Shown in pieces: positions 1 through 9,653 of a DNA stretch of 64,000 bases. Within the stretch, counting starts at the first letter, position 1; each line of letters opens with the position of its first letter. The notes below the pieces were generated by a model. That model was not told the DNA's origin. It searched no databases and saw nothing but the letters and a program-made list of their open reading frames with translations. A program made the position numbers and the translations under genes. The stretch comes from Candidatus Omnitrophota bacterium (lineage in GTDB: Bacteria; Omnitrophota; Gorgyraeia; Gygaellales; Profunditerraquicolaceae), in contig QZKH01000006.1 in NCBI GenBank assembly GCA_003598025.1, positions 172,035 to 236,034 of the forward strand, in the 5' to 3' direction.

Positions 1-881
1 TCAAAATTGATTTTGCTGAGGTCATTAAGGCAGGCAAGGCACCCAAGCCCGTAATCATTACGCTCGTAGTGAACTGGTGTATAAAGCCATTTACCATGTT
101 TGCAATCGCATGGCTGTTCCTGGGATTATTGTTCAAAGGTTGGCTTCCGGGCATGGAAACTGTAAAAGGGGGCGCACAGGTAGAATTGTTTAGGTCCTAT
201 ATAGCTGGTTGTATTTTGCTCGGTATAGCGCCTTGTACGGCTATGGTTTTAATCTGGGGGCATCTGGCTAAAGGAAACGATGGGCATACTTTGGTGATGG
301 TTGCTGTTAATTCGCTGACTATGTTGTTTCTTTATGCTCCTTTGGGCGGATGGTTACTGGGTGTGAACAAAATGCCTATACCATGGCAGACAATAGTATT
401 ATCAGTGGTAATCTATGTCGGCTTGCCTTTATTGCTGGGTTATTATTCAAGAAAATGGTTAATTGCAAGGAGGGGATTTAAATGGTTTGAGGAGAGATTC
501 CTGCATTATTTGACTCCCGTATCAATATGCGCGCTGCTCCTTACGCTTATTTTGCTTTTTTCATTTAAAGGCGAATTGATTATCAACCAGCCGCAGATTA
601 TTATTTTGATTGCGATCCCGCTTTTTATCCAGACTTGCCTTATTTTCGGCATAACATACGCTATTGCAAGGTGGCTGAAATTATCTTATAGAGATGCAGC
701 CCCTTCTGCGCTTGTGGGTGCAAGCAACCATTTTGAAGTTGCTATTGCGACTTCCACGGTACTCTTCGGCTTATCTTCAGGGGCATCTTTGGCGACTGTA
801 GTCGGGGTTTTAATCGAAGTCCCGGTCATGCTTATGCTGGTAAAGATATGCCTGCGCACAAGGCATTTATTCGGTAAATGA
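1..881 (+). CDS. ACR3/BASS-superfamily transporter (arsenite efflux / bile-acid:Na+ symporter-like), 5'-truncated by window edge
   Basis: The reading frame is open from base 3 with no upstream stop, so the listed GTG at 69 is internal. About 10 predicted TM helices; G/L/P-rich helices resemble ACR3. Partial gene. Confidence 0.45.
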   Translation, partial: KIDFAEVIKAGKAPKPVIITLVVNWCIKPFTMFAIAWLFLGLLFKGWLPGMETVKGGAQVELFRSYIAGCILLGIAPCTAMVLIWGHLAKGNDGHTLVMVAVNSLTMLFLYAPLGGWLLGVNKMPIPWQTIVLSVVIYVGLPLLLGYYSRKWLIARRGFKWFEERFLHYLTPVSICALLLTLILLFSFKGELIINQPQIIILIAIPLFIQTCLIFGITYAIARWLKLSYRDAAPSALVGASNHFEVAIATSTVLFGLSSGASLATVVGVLIEVPVMLMLVKICLRTRHLFGK

Positions 882-952
882 TGATTTTCTTCCAGCGTTT
901 CTTTTATGCGGCTATTTTATTATATTTTATGGAATAAAAAATCGTTAGAAAA

Positions 953-2302
953 ATGATTAAGATAGCCTTCGTTTACTTTTATTACCCTTATGTGTTGAAT
1001 TGTCCTCCTTATGGCATTTTGAGCCTAGCCGCATACATGAAAGAAAAATTCCAGGACAAAATAGAAATCAAATTGTTTGATGTGCTTCCAGGGGCAGATA
1101 TCAGGCAAGCCATAGAAGCATTTTCTCCGGATCTGATAGGCATATCCAGTTTCACTTTTTCTATCTCAAGGGCTTACGAATTAGCAGATTATTTTATGAC
1201 TAAGCGGGGAATTAAAGTGATATTAGGCGGCCTGCATGCAAGCCTGTATCCTCAGGAGAGCTTAAGGCACGCAGATTACGTGGTTAGAGGAGAAGGGGAG
1301 CGTGGTTTAGTAGAATTATTCTCCGGCATTATGAAAGACAATAGTTATCACCCTAGGATTATAAACTCGGAACCTATTGCAGATTTGGATACTTTACCTT
1401 CTTTACCGTGGGGTTTGGTTGACAAAATATTTTATACTACTACTAGCGACCATGCATTAAAGAATTTGGGTATAAAAAAAGGCTGTAAGCACGTAGAATT
1501 AATGACTTCGCGATGGTGCAATTACAAGTGTGCTTACTGTTATAATAGCGGTTTTGAACACGGGGCAAGGTATTTTTCCGCCGAGAGAGTGATAGCTGAT
1601 ATCAGATACCTTTTGGAAGAATGGCAGGTAGATTATATTGGTTTTGTTGATGATGATTTTCTCTCCAGCCAACCCAGGTTATCCAGCATCTGCGGCTTAA
1701 TAAAGAAGCACAAGCTTAAATTCCAATGGTTTTGCCACGCGCATGTCAATTCGGTCAATCCCGATACATTGAGAATGATTAAGGACTCCGGTTGTGATTT
1801 TGTTGCTTATGGATTTGAGAGCGGTTCTCCTAAAATACTGAATTTCTTGAAAGGCAAAAGTGTAAGCGTAGTGAAAAATGCCAAGGCAGCAAAGATGACA
1901 AATAAGGCAGGTTTAAGAGTATTTGGTTATATCATGATGGGAACGCCTACTGAAACAATAATTGATTTGTTTAGAACAATACTATTTGTTCTCTTTAACC
2001 ATATAGATATAGTAGCTACCAATAAAACCACAGCTTATCCGGGAAGTGAATTATGGAAATATTGCATAGATAACCGGATATTTAATTGGGAAAATGATAA
2101 ATTTGAGAAACCATTTCAGTATATTTATCTTAACAGAAAATATATCCCGGCCGTTTTCTTTGAATTCATATGGTTTATCTATATAAAAGCACTACTACCG
2201 GTTAAGCAGCTATGCCAAAAGGCCGATTCCAACATAAGGATACTTGTTTTAAATAGCCGGGATTTTTTTAGAAAAGCATGTAGATTATTTCTTGGTATTT
2301 GA
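953..2302 (+). CDS. B12-binding domain radical SAM protein (class B)
   Basis: N-terminal cobalamin-binding-like segment (KVILGGLHASLYPQE...VVRGEGE). Canonical CX3CX2C (WCNYKCAYC) radical SAM cluster. Length 449 aa. Confidence 0.8.
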   Translation: MIKIAFVYFYYPYVLNCPPYGILSLAAYMKEKFQDKIEIKLFDVLPGADIRQAIEAFSPDLIGISSFTFSISRAYELADYFMTKRGIKVILGGLHASLYPQESLRHADYVVRGEGERGLVELFSGIMKDNSYHPRIINSEPIADLDTLPSLPWGLVDKIFYTTTSDHALKNLGIKKGCKHVELMTSRWCNYKCAYCYNSGFEHGARYFSAERVIADIRYLLEEWQVDYIGFVDDDFLSSQPRLSSICGLIKKHKLKFQWFCHAHVNSVNPDTLRMIKDSGCDFVAYGFESGSPKILNFLKGKSVSVVKNAKAAKMTNKAGLRVFGYIMMGTPTETIIDLFRTILFVLFNHIDIVATNKTTAYPGSELWKYCIDNRIFNWENDKFEKPFQYIYLNRKYIPAVFFEFIWFIYIKALLPVKQLCQKADSNIRILVLNSRDFFRKACRLFLGI

Positions 2303-2314
2303 TATAATTGTAAC

Positions 2315-2986
2315 ATGTATATTTTTTCAAAAGACAACAGCGTTTATTTATTCAGGATATTCCTTTTTTGTTTAGCCGGGTTGATTTTAATATCCGGTTG
2401 CTATTCGGCATCCACCTTGAAGAAAAACATACCTAAGGGTAAGGGCTTGATTATTTCTCCTGCCGAAGGCAATATAACTAAGATAATCAGGAATATAAAA
2501 ATAAATAAATCTTCCCACATAGAGCTGCATCACCTGGATAAGAATTGTTCTTTTGACGAGTTAGCCCCATATGCCAAAGACGGATCAAGCCTTGTAATAA
2601 TCTCAATGAAGCTTTACCATAAACATATTACACTCAGCCCTATAGCTGGGAAAGTTAGCAGGATATTTTATGTCCCGGGCGGATTCAGGAACGTGTTCTC
2701 GAAGGGTTCGTATGAAGAAAACGAGCACAATAGTATTATTATAGACGGCGATGTGGATTTAGCGGTGATCCAGATCGCCGGACTCATGGCAAGAAAAATA
2801 GTCTGTGGTGTCTTAGAGGGGCAGGAAATAAGCGCCGGCGATAAGCTTGGTCATATTAAGCTTGGGTCTGCGGTTGCGCTTTTTCTTCCTCCGGAATGCA
2901 AGATAGTTGTAAAGGAGGGCCAGAAAGTAGATGCTGCCAAAGATATTATTGCCCAATACCCCGTTATTGTTAATGATAATAAATAA
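2315..2986 (+). CDS. phosphatidylserine decarboxylase-related proenzyme (small archaeal/Asd-like type)
   Basis: N-terminal TM helix. C-terminal KLGSAV motif matches the LGS(T) self-cleavage/pyruvoyl site of PSD family. Size ~220 aa fits the short PSD-related family. Confidence 0.5.
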   Translation: MYIFSKDNSVYLFRIFLFCLAGLILISGCYSASTLKKNIPKGKGLIISPAEGNITKIIRNIKINKSSHIELHHLDKNCSFDELAPYAKDGSSLVIISMKLYHKHITLSPIAGKVSRIFYVPGGFRNVFSKGSYEENEHNSIIIDGDVDLAVIQIAGLMARKIVCGVLEGQEISAGDKLGHIKLGSAVALFLPPECKIVVKEGQKVDAAKDIIAQYPVIVNDNK

Positions 2987-3004
2987 TTTGCGGATCAGGA
3001 TTTA

Positions 3005-4327
3005 ATGAGAAAGAAAGCCGCATTTTTTCTTATTTTAGCGGTAATATTCCTATCGCGTTTTATCCTGGTAATAGCCGGCCAGGATTTAATGGGCGATGAC
3101 GGCTTTCAGTATTTAACACGCGCAGAAAATTATTTAAAATACGGGATTCTTTCTCCTGACCGCGCAGATTCTTTCCGTAACCAATTCATAGACTCTCCGT
3201 TATACCCAATACTGCTTTCATGTTTCTTAAGAGTACTTAACAGCAAAATTGCAGCTGTCAGGTCTATATGCATGCTTAATTCCGTTTTTTTTATATTAGC
3301 AGCTTGCGCCGTATTCTTCCTGGCATATCGGCTTAGTAAAAAATACCTGGTAGCGCTGTTTTCTCTGGCAGTATTTGGCATGATGCCGGAAGGATTTGTA
3401 TATTCAATCCTTAATATGCCTGATAGTATGTTTCTGGCATTTTTTATATGGTCGAATTATTTTTTTGTCAGTTATTTTGGTTGTAACAGATGGAGGCGTT
3501 TAGCTTTAGCTTCATTCTTGCTTGGTATGAGCGTATTAATCAAGCCTATATCGCTTTTATTTATTTTAGTTTATGTTGTGTTGATAATTTCTTTTGATAA
3601 GAATGATTTCAGGCGCAGGGTAAAAATTGCAGTTTTATGCATTCTTGTGCAGATGTTTACCTTGTCACCCTGGTTAATAAGGAATTATCATGTATATAAA
3701 GAGATTTTCTTCAGCACGAAAAAAGACATCCATCTCTATTATTATGATTACCGTTTTATACTGGAAGATATCTATGGCAAGGAAGCAGCCGGCAGTATGA
3801 TAGAACAAAAAGCTAGGGAGATCTTCTCAAATATCGATGTAAATTCCAGGGATTCTGTTAAAGCTATACATGTTTTGGGTGGCTTTGCCAAAAAGGAGAT
3901 ATTCAGTAATTTCAGTTCCTACGCAACTCTCCTTATTAAAAGGCATCCGCGCCTTTATTTTGGCACAGGCACCGTTCAATTGCTGACTTTAACCGGAGAC
4001 GCAAGCGGCGCTCAGGCTTTGTATGAGTTTGGAAGGCAGCCGGCGCTAAGCATGCTTCGAAGACTTCCGGTGTATGTTATGACTTTGCAGCTTTTTTCAT
4101 GGATACTGCTCTTTTTAATTTATTTGTTATCGATTGCAGGATTAATGCGCATTATAGTTAAAAGAAAATGGGAAACACTTGTCCTTTTATCATTAAGCTT
4201 TTTATATTTTGTCATACTTGTCGGTCCGGCAACTCACACACGGTATAGGTTTGATTTCTCTTATTTGTTCGCTATATTATGCGGGTTTGTATTATATGAA
4301 ATAAAATCTTCTTCCGAAAATATATGA
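3005..4327 (+). CDS. GT-C fold membrane glycosyltransferase (GT39/ArnT/PMT-like)
   Basis: 440 aa polytopic membrane protein. N-terminal TM followed by a loop with acidic DDG..Y motif typical of polyprenyl-phosphate-sugar dependent GT-C enzymes. Confidence 0.45.
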   Translation: MRKKAAFFLILAVIFLSRFILVIAGQDLMGDDGFQYLTRAENYLKYGILSPDRADSFRNQFIDSPLYPILLSCFLRVLNSKIAAVRSICMLNSVFFILAACAVFFLAYRLSKKYLVALFSLAVFGMMPEGFVYSILNMPDSMFLAFFIWSNYFFVSYFGCNRWRRLALASFLLGMSVLIKPISLLFILVYVVLIISFDKNDFRRRVKIAVLCILVQMFTLSPWLIRNYHVYKEIFFSTKKDIHLYYYDYRFILEDIYGKEAAGSMIEQKAREIFSNIDVNSRDSVKAIHVLGGFAKKEIFSNFSSYATLLIKRHPRLYFGTGTVQLLTLTGDASGAQALYEFGRQPALSMLRRLPVYVMTLQLFSWILLFLIYLLSIAGLMRIIVKRKWETLVLLSLSFLYFVILVGPATHTRYRFDFSYLFAILCGFVLYEIKSSSENI

Positions 4328-5736
4328 ACCTAATTTTAGTAAACCCATATTCACATTCGATATCCGGAGTAAACAAGGCGACTATTGAGCCTCCGGTTGG
4401 CCTGGCTTATATCGCGGCGTTATTGGAATCAAGAGGATACAATTGCCAGATTATTGATGCGCAGATTATGGGTTTATCTTCGCATGAGCTTTTACGCGAA
4501 ATAAGAATACAGCCTGATTTAATCGGGATATCATCAAGCATAGTTACTTATCCTGCCGCACTCGATACAGCCAAAGTATTAAAAGAGGCATTTAAAGGCA
4601 CTCCAGTTATTTTCGGAGGCCCGCACCCTTCGTCGATACCTGAGAAAGCCCTGCAGAATGATTGTGTGGATGCTGTTGCTGTCGGAGAGGCTGAAGCCAC
4701 TATGCTGGAAATCGCCCGGCGATTTAAGGACGGGGAGCATTTATTCTCCGGAATAGAAGGGGTAATATATAAAAATAATGGTGAAGTTGTTACAAACAGC
4801 CCTAGGAAACTTATCGAAGATTTAGATGCATTGCCTTTTCCGGCGTACCATCTTTTACCCGGATTTAAATTGTATAAAAGCAGGGCAAGAAAATCCCCGG
4901 TTGCTCCGCTATTGACTAACAGGGGATGCCCTTACCAGTGTACTTTTTGTAATAAGGATATATTTCAGAGGCGTATCCGTTCAAGGAGCCCGGAAAACGT
5001 TATCAAAGAGATTGACTGGTTGGTAAATAAATTCTCAGTAAAGCAGATAGATATTTTGGATGACAACTTTAATTTTGATTTGAACCATGCAAAGCAGATT
5101 CTAGACTTGATCATTGATAGGGATTATAGCTTGGCTATAAATATGCAAAATGGAATACGGGCAGATAATGTTGATCCCCAGCTTCTTGATAAAATGAAAA
5201 AAGCCGGGGTTTTTAAGATAGGCTTCGGCATTGAAACCGCAGACCCGCAGGTACAAAGAAAAATAAAGAAGGTACTTGACTTGGATAAGATAATAGGCAT
5301 AACCAGGCAGGCGCAGGAAAAGGGTATTATTGTTTATGCAAATTTTATCATCGGCCTGGTCGGGGATAGCCAGGAATCAATGCAGAGGACTATTGATTAT
5401 GCCGTGAGGCTCTCTCCTGATATCGCAAATTTTATGATAGCTTTGCCTTTACCCGGGACCGAGCTTTATAAAGAGATAGAAGAGAAAGGGAAGTTCCTGG
5501 TCAATGTAGATGGCGGTGTTGAAAAGGGATTCTATGGCAATCAGGTATTTTATGAAATAGGTTCATTAAACAAAGATATGGTGTTAAAATATTACCGTAA
5601 GGCATACCGGGATTTTTATATAAGGCCTGGACGTTGGGCCCGGTTAATAAGAAGCATACGTTCGGTTAATGAATTGATATGGTTTAAAGACGCGATATTT
5701 GATCTTATAAAGAATATGCTAATCAGAAACAGGTGA
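4324..5736 (+). CDS. B12-binding domain radical SAM protein (class B)
   Basis: Cobalamin-binding-like N-terminus (VIFGGPHPS...AVAVGEAE). CX3CX2C (RGCPYQCTFC). Start overlaps upstream stop by 4 nt (ATGA). Confidence 0.8.
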   Translation: MNLILVNPYSHSISGVNKATIEPPVGLAYIAALLESRGYNCQIIDAQIMGLSSHELLREIRIQPDLIGISSSIVTYPAALDTAKVLKEAFKGTPVIFGGPHPSSIPEKALQNDCVDAVAVGEAEATMLEIARRFKDGEHLFSGIEGVIYKNNGEVVTNSPRKLIEDLDALPFPAYHLLPGFKLYKSRARKSPVAPLLTNRGCPYQCTFCNKDIFQRRIRSRSPENVIKEIDWLVNKFSVKQIDILDDNFNFDLNHAKQILDLIIDRDYSLAINMQNGIRADNVDPQLLDKMKKAGVFKIGFGIETADPQVQRKIKKVLDLDKIIGITRQAQEKGIIVYANFIIGLVGDSQESMQRTIDYAVRLSPDIANFMIALPLPGTELYKEIEEKGKFLVNVDGGVEKGFYGNQVFYEIGSLNKDMVLKYYRKAYRDFYIRPGRWARLIRSIRSVNELIWFKDAIFDLIKNMLIRNR

Positions 5737-5742
5737 TTTGCT

Positions 5743-6471
5743 ATGAAAACAGTAAGCGTATTGATACCGGCAAAGAATGAATCAGAGACAATAGCCCCGC
5801 TTATCGGACAGATAAAAAATACATTCGCAGGGATAGATAAATATAACCTTGAGATTGTGGTTATCGCCGATCACTGCAACGACCAAACCGGTCGGATTGC
5901 GTTAGAAAACGGCGCCGTTGTATATCAGAATATCTATAAGCCGGGCAAAGGTAACTCCTTAAGGTTCGGTTTTGGGGTTTGTAAGGGTGATATTATAGTT
6001 ATGCTTGATGCCGATGGTTCGCATCAGCCGCAGGATATCCCGCACTTTATCGAGGCCATAGAAAAAGGTTCCGGGCTTGCAATAGGCTCAAGGGCAAAGG
6101 GCGGAAGCGATGAATACGAGATTATTAGGCTATTCGGGAATGCTGTTTTTACATTCCTTGTTGACATATTATTCTCTCTGGATCTTACAGATTCATTGAA
6201 TGGTTATAAAGCGTTCAGGCAGGACATAATAAATAGCCATAAGTTTAATTCCAGATGGTTTGATATTGAAATAGAGTTAATTTTTGCTGCGTTAATAAAA
6301 GGTTACAGGATAACAGAGGTATCAAGCCATGAGCTGGCTCGGCAGGGCGGCAGGATGAAATCAAGCACCTTTCTTGACGGCTTAAGGTTTTTATTTGCAA
6401 TATTCAAATGGGGGTTTAAATACAGGGTTATTAAAATATTAAGCATTCGCAAAAAGGATAGTGACAGATGA
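5743..6471 (+). CDS. GT2 glycosyltransferase, dolichyl/polyprenyl-phosphate sugar synthase-like (Dpm1/ArnC-like)
   Basis: N-terminal VLIPAKNE...IVVIADHCND and central MLDADGS (DxD) motifs characteristic of GT2 polyprenyl-phosphate glycosyltransferases. Confidence 0.75.
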   Translation: MKTVSVLIPAKNESETIAPLIGQIKNTFAGIDKYNLEIVVIADHCNDQTGRIALENGAVVYQNIYKPGKGNSLRFGFGVCKGDIIVMLDADGSHQPQDIPHFIEAIEKGSGLAIGSRAKGGSDEYEIIRLFGNAVFTFLVDILFSLDLTDSLNGYKAFRQDIINSHKFNSRWFDIEIELIFAALIKGYRITEVSSHELARQGGRMKSSTFLDGLRFLFAIFKWGFKYRVIKILSIRKKDSDR

Positions 6472-8363
6472 CCGCAAGCATAAACTATAACGAATTTTGG
6501 GTAAGCCTTTTTGATACAATGGATGATATTATTTTTATTGTTGATAAGGAATGTAATATAAAAAAGGCAAATAGCGCCTTTTTGCTGGCTATGAACAGTG
6601 AGGAAAAGAACTTTATTGATAAGAAATGCTATGATGTTCTTGGCAGTTGCTGTTGCGGTGTTAACTCTTGCCCGCATAAGGAGACCGTAAATGCGGCTAA
6701 GCTTACGACATCCGAATATTATGATGACAGGCTTAATAAGTGGTTTCACTTACGCAGCGCTCCGTTATTTGACAAGAATAATGCTGTATGCGGCTCTATA
6801 TGCGTGCTGATCGATATTACTGAGCATAAGGCTAAAGACGAGGAATTAGAGGAATTAAGCCAGGCTGTCGAGTTAAGCCCGACTTGTGTTATGATTACTG
6901 ATGCCGATGCCAATATTGAGTATGTTAATAAAAAATTCCTTCAGTTAACAGGATACGCCCTTGAGGAGGTTATTGGCAAAAACCCGCGAATATTAAATTC
7001 AGGAGAGCAAGATAAGGAATTCTACAAAAAGCTATGGGATACCATACTCTCCGGTGAAGAATGGAGAGGCCAGTTCCATAACCGGAAAAAAAACGGGCAA
7101 TTATACTGGGAGTCTGCCTTAATTTCATCAGTCAAGAATAAAGACGGTAAGATTATTCATTTCATAGCCGTAAAAGAAGATATTACCGAACGTAAAAAGA
7201 TGGAGGAAAGCCTGCTTGCTGCAAATGAAAGGTTAAAGGAGTTAGACAAGTTGAAGTCAGAATTTGTCGCTACTGTCTCTCATGAGTTAAGGACGCCTTT
7301 GTCAATTATGAAGGAGGGGGTTTCATTAGTTATAGATAAGGTTACAGGGCCTTTGAACGGGCGGCAGGAAAAAACCCTGGAAACAGTTTTTTCTAATATA
7401 GACCGGTTGACTCAGCTCATCAATGATTTATTGGATATATCAAGGATAGAGTCCGGTAAACTTCGCCTAAAGAAGAGTTTTATAAATGTTTCTGCACTTT
7501 TAGATGATACATGTTCTAAAATGAGGATACAGAGTGACTCTAAGCACCAGCAGCTACTTTGCTATATCCCGGATAAACCTGAATATCTGTTTGTTGACCA
7601 GGATAAATTTATACAGATCCTTACGAACATAATCTCAAATGCTGTCAAATATACCCCTGAAAACGGGATTATAACAGTAAGCTTGCAGGGTAAGGATGAA
7701 TCCGTTGAGTTTAGAGTGATTGATAACGGTTCGGGTATATCCCGTGAGGACCTGCCGAAGTTATTCGGAAAATTCGCGCAATTCGGGCGCAGCCCCGGTG
7801 CCGGGCCTAAAGGCACAGGTTTAGGCCTTGCAATAACCAAAGAGCTTGTTAATATGCATAAGGGCAGTATTTGGGTGGAGAGTGATTTGGGTAAAGGGAG
7901 TAAATTCGTCATTTCTTTGCCAAGAATTGAATGTATCGATATTTTTAAGGAGTCTGCAGGCAAGCTTATTGATGATGCCTTAAAAGAAGACAAGCCGATT
8001 ACTTTTATCTTATTGCAAATAGACAATTCTAACGAAATTATCAGTAAATATGGTTTCGCAGAATTTAACCTGGTATTGAGGAATATCGAAAGCGAAATAA
8101 ATAAAGCCTTAAGAGGCAAGGAAGATGTTGTGCAGGTTGGTAAGAATGAAATTATTATTTCGTTATTCGGCGTTGGTAAAGATACTTCCGGGATTGTTTA
8201 TGGCAGGATTGAAAACATTATAAGAGAGTATATTTTAAAATCAGGCTTACAATCAGCAAAGGAGCTTAAGACAAAAGCCGTCTTTATAAGCTATCCCGAG
8301 GAAACTAAGAACATAGAGGAGCTGTTAGCAAAGGTAAGTTGTTCTTCAGTTAAGAATGAATAG
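6468..8363 (+). CDS. PAS-domain sensor histidine kinase with C-terminal GGDEF-like (degenerate) domain
   Basis: Two PAS-like blocks. HisKA H-box ATVSHELRTPL. HATPase_c G-boxes (GTGLGLAITKELV, GKGSKF). An extra ~170 aa C-terminus resembles an inactive diguanylate-cyclase fold. Cys-rich GSCCCGVNSCPHKE near the N-terminus. Confidence 0.8.
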   Translation: MTASINYNEFWVSLFDTMDDIIFIVDKECNIKKANSAFLLAMNSEEKNFIDKKCYDVLGSCCCGVNSCPHKETVNAAKLTTSEYYDDRLNKWFHLRSAPLFDKNNAVCGSICVLIDITEHKAKDEELEELSQAVELSPTCVMITDADANIEYVNKKFLQLTGYALEEVIGKNPRILNSGEQDKEFYKKLWDTILSGEEWRGQFHNRKKNGQLYWESALISSVKNKDGKIIHFIAVKEDITERKKMEESLLAANERLKELDKLKSEFVATVSHELRTPLSIMKEGVSLVIDKVTGPLNGRQEKTLETVFSNIDRLTQLINDLLDISRIESGKLRLKKSFINVSALLDDTCSKMRIQSDSKHQQLLCYIPDKPEYLFVDQDKFIQILTNIISNAVKYTPENGIITVSLQGKDESVEFRVIDNGSGISREDLPKLFGKFAQFGRSPGAGPKGTGLGLAITKELVNMHKGSIWVESDLGKGSKFVISLPRIECIDIFKESAGKLIDDALKEDKPITFILLQIDNSNEIISKYGFAEFNLVLRNIESEINKALRGKEDVVQVGKNEIIISLFGVGKDTSGIVYGRIENIIREYILKSGLQSAKELKTKAVFISYPEETKNIEELLAKVSCSSVKNE

Positions 8364-8371
8364 TCTTGATG

Positions 8372-8434
8372 GTTAGTTCATAGTTCATGGTTCATAGTTT
8401 ATGGATTATCTATAACCATCAATCATGAACTAAT
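8372..8434. repeat. GTTCAT-heptad palindromic intergenic element (copy 1) between convergent genes
   Basis: Tandem GTTCATR heptads (TTAGTTCATAGTTCATGGTTCATAGTTTATGG) bounded by inverted termini GTTAGTTCAT ... ATGAACTAAT. Lies between the convergent kinase (+) and DJ-1 (-) genes. Confidence 0.5.
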
Positions 8435-8439
8435 AAATG

Positions 8440-9000
8440 TTATTCGAAATCCTCAAACACTATATCTTTTGCGATTCCCCTTGATTTTTCTCTGCCTTTA
8501 AGCGTGCTGACGATTTCTAAGGCAAAAGGTATGGATGTCGCGGCCGCCTGGCTGGTTATAATATTGGCATCGGCTACAACTTTATCTTTTGAATGGATAG
8601 TATCTGCGTGAAATAATTCTTCCATGCCCGGATAACATGTTGCTTTCTTGTTTTTAAGAAGCCCAAGTGGGGCAAGGACTATTGCCGGAGACGCGCATAT
8701 AGCAGCTATAAGCTTGTTTTCTTTACTAGCTTTTAATAATATTTTTCCGACCGTTTTTGATGCAGCCAGATTCTTTGCTCCCCTTGACCCGCCGGGTAGT
8801 ATATAAGCATCAAAACTCTCTTGCAGCCTGTTTATGCGCTCTTCGGCAAGCAGAAACATGCCCCTTGAACTCCTCACCTTAAGGCCGTCAATAGAGCTTA
8901 TGATGACATCAATATCAGCCCTTCTTAATATATCAATACATGATACCGCTTCAATCTCTTCAAATCCGTCAGCCAATAAGACCAGAGCCTTTTTTTTCAT
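8440..9000 (-). CDS. DJ-1/PfpI family protein (ThiJ-like)
   Basis: Conserved nucleophile elbow AICASPAIVL. ~186 aa, typical DJ-1 size and motif order. Confidence 0.8.
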   Translation of the reverse strand: MKKKALVLLADGFEEIEAVSCIDILRRADIDVIISSIDGLKVRSSRGMFLLAEERINRLQESFDAYILPGGSRGAKNLAASKTVGKILLKASKENKLIAAICASPAIVLAPLGLLKNKKATCYPGMEELFHADTIHSKDKVVADANIITSQAAATSIPFALEIVSTLKGREKSRGIAKDIVFEDFE

Positions 9001-9151
9001 AATCCCTCCTTGATTAACTTTGGATATTTATTATACTATCAATACCATAATAATCTTGCAAATAGAATTTTCATGAAGTAAAATAAGCTTGCCTATGACT
9101 TGCCTTTAAGCTAAAGGCAAGTGATTATAAATTAAAAAAAGGAGGAGGAAG

Positions 9152-9586
9152 ATGCATAAGAGAGTTAATTTCTTGGTCTTAGTTCTTGCAGCAGCATTAT
9201 TATCCGCGGGTTGTGAAACTGCAGGACAGAATACAACAGGTGGGGCTGTAGGCGGAGGATTACTTGGGGCTGCAGTCGGAGGTATAGTCGGGCATCAAAG
9301 CGGCCATGGCCTGGAGGGCGCGGCAATAGGGGCGGCTACAGGAGCTGTTGCCGGAGGATTAATCGGCAACCAGATGGATAAGAAAGCTATGGCAGTCAAC
9401 CCAAACCATATCCCAATAACAAAGATCGCAGAAATGGCATCCCAGGGCTTGCCCGATGCCGTAATAATAGACGAGATACAGAGGACAAAGTCTAAGTATA
9501 ACCTTAATTCTGAGCTTATAACCTATTTAAAGCAGAATAAAGTAAGCGATAGGGTTATTGATTATATGTTGTCTACAGGGAAATAA
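9152..9586 (+). CDS. lipoprotein with glycine-zipper (2TM/Gly-zipper) region
   Basis: Lipobox LLSAGC. Extended GxxxG glycine-zipper stretch (GGAVGGGLLGAAVGGIVG...). Strong SD AAAGGAGGAGG upstream. Confidence 0.55.
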   Translation: MHKRVNFLVLVLAAALLSAGCETAGQNTTGGAVGGGLLGAAVGGIVGHQSGHGLEGAAIGAATGAVAGGLIGNQMDKKAMAVNPNHIPITKIAEMASQGLPDAVIIDEIQRTKSKYNLNSELITYLKQNKVSDRVIDYMLSTGK

Positions 9587-9605
9587 ATTCATCATTTTAT
9601 AGCCC

Positions 9606-9645
9606 TCTCTGCCTGTTTAACAGGCAGAGAGGGGCGTTTTTGTTA
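9606..9645 (+). terminator. Rho-independent terminator
   Basis: Perfect 13-bp stem CCCTCTCTGCCTG / CAGGCAGAGAGGG with 6-nt loop, followed by GCGTTTTTGTT U-tract. Lies immediately after the 9152..9586 stop. Confidence 0.65.
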
Positions 9646-9653
9646 AAGTACCT

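Noticed and set aside
7562-8119. 185-aa antisense ORF inside the histidine kinase gene. Similar antisense ORFs occur at 3130..3381, 13238..13816, 14012..14725, 33858..34241 and 35701..36042.
   Set aside because: Each lies fully within a well-supported gene on the opposite strand, is low-complexity (Ser/Leu/Ile-rich) and lacks an SD. These are typical shadow ORFs of an AT-rich genome.
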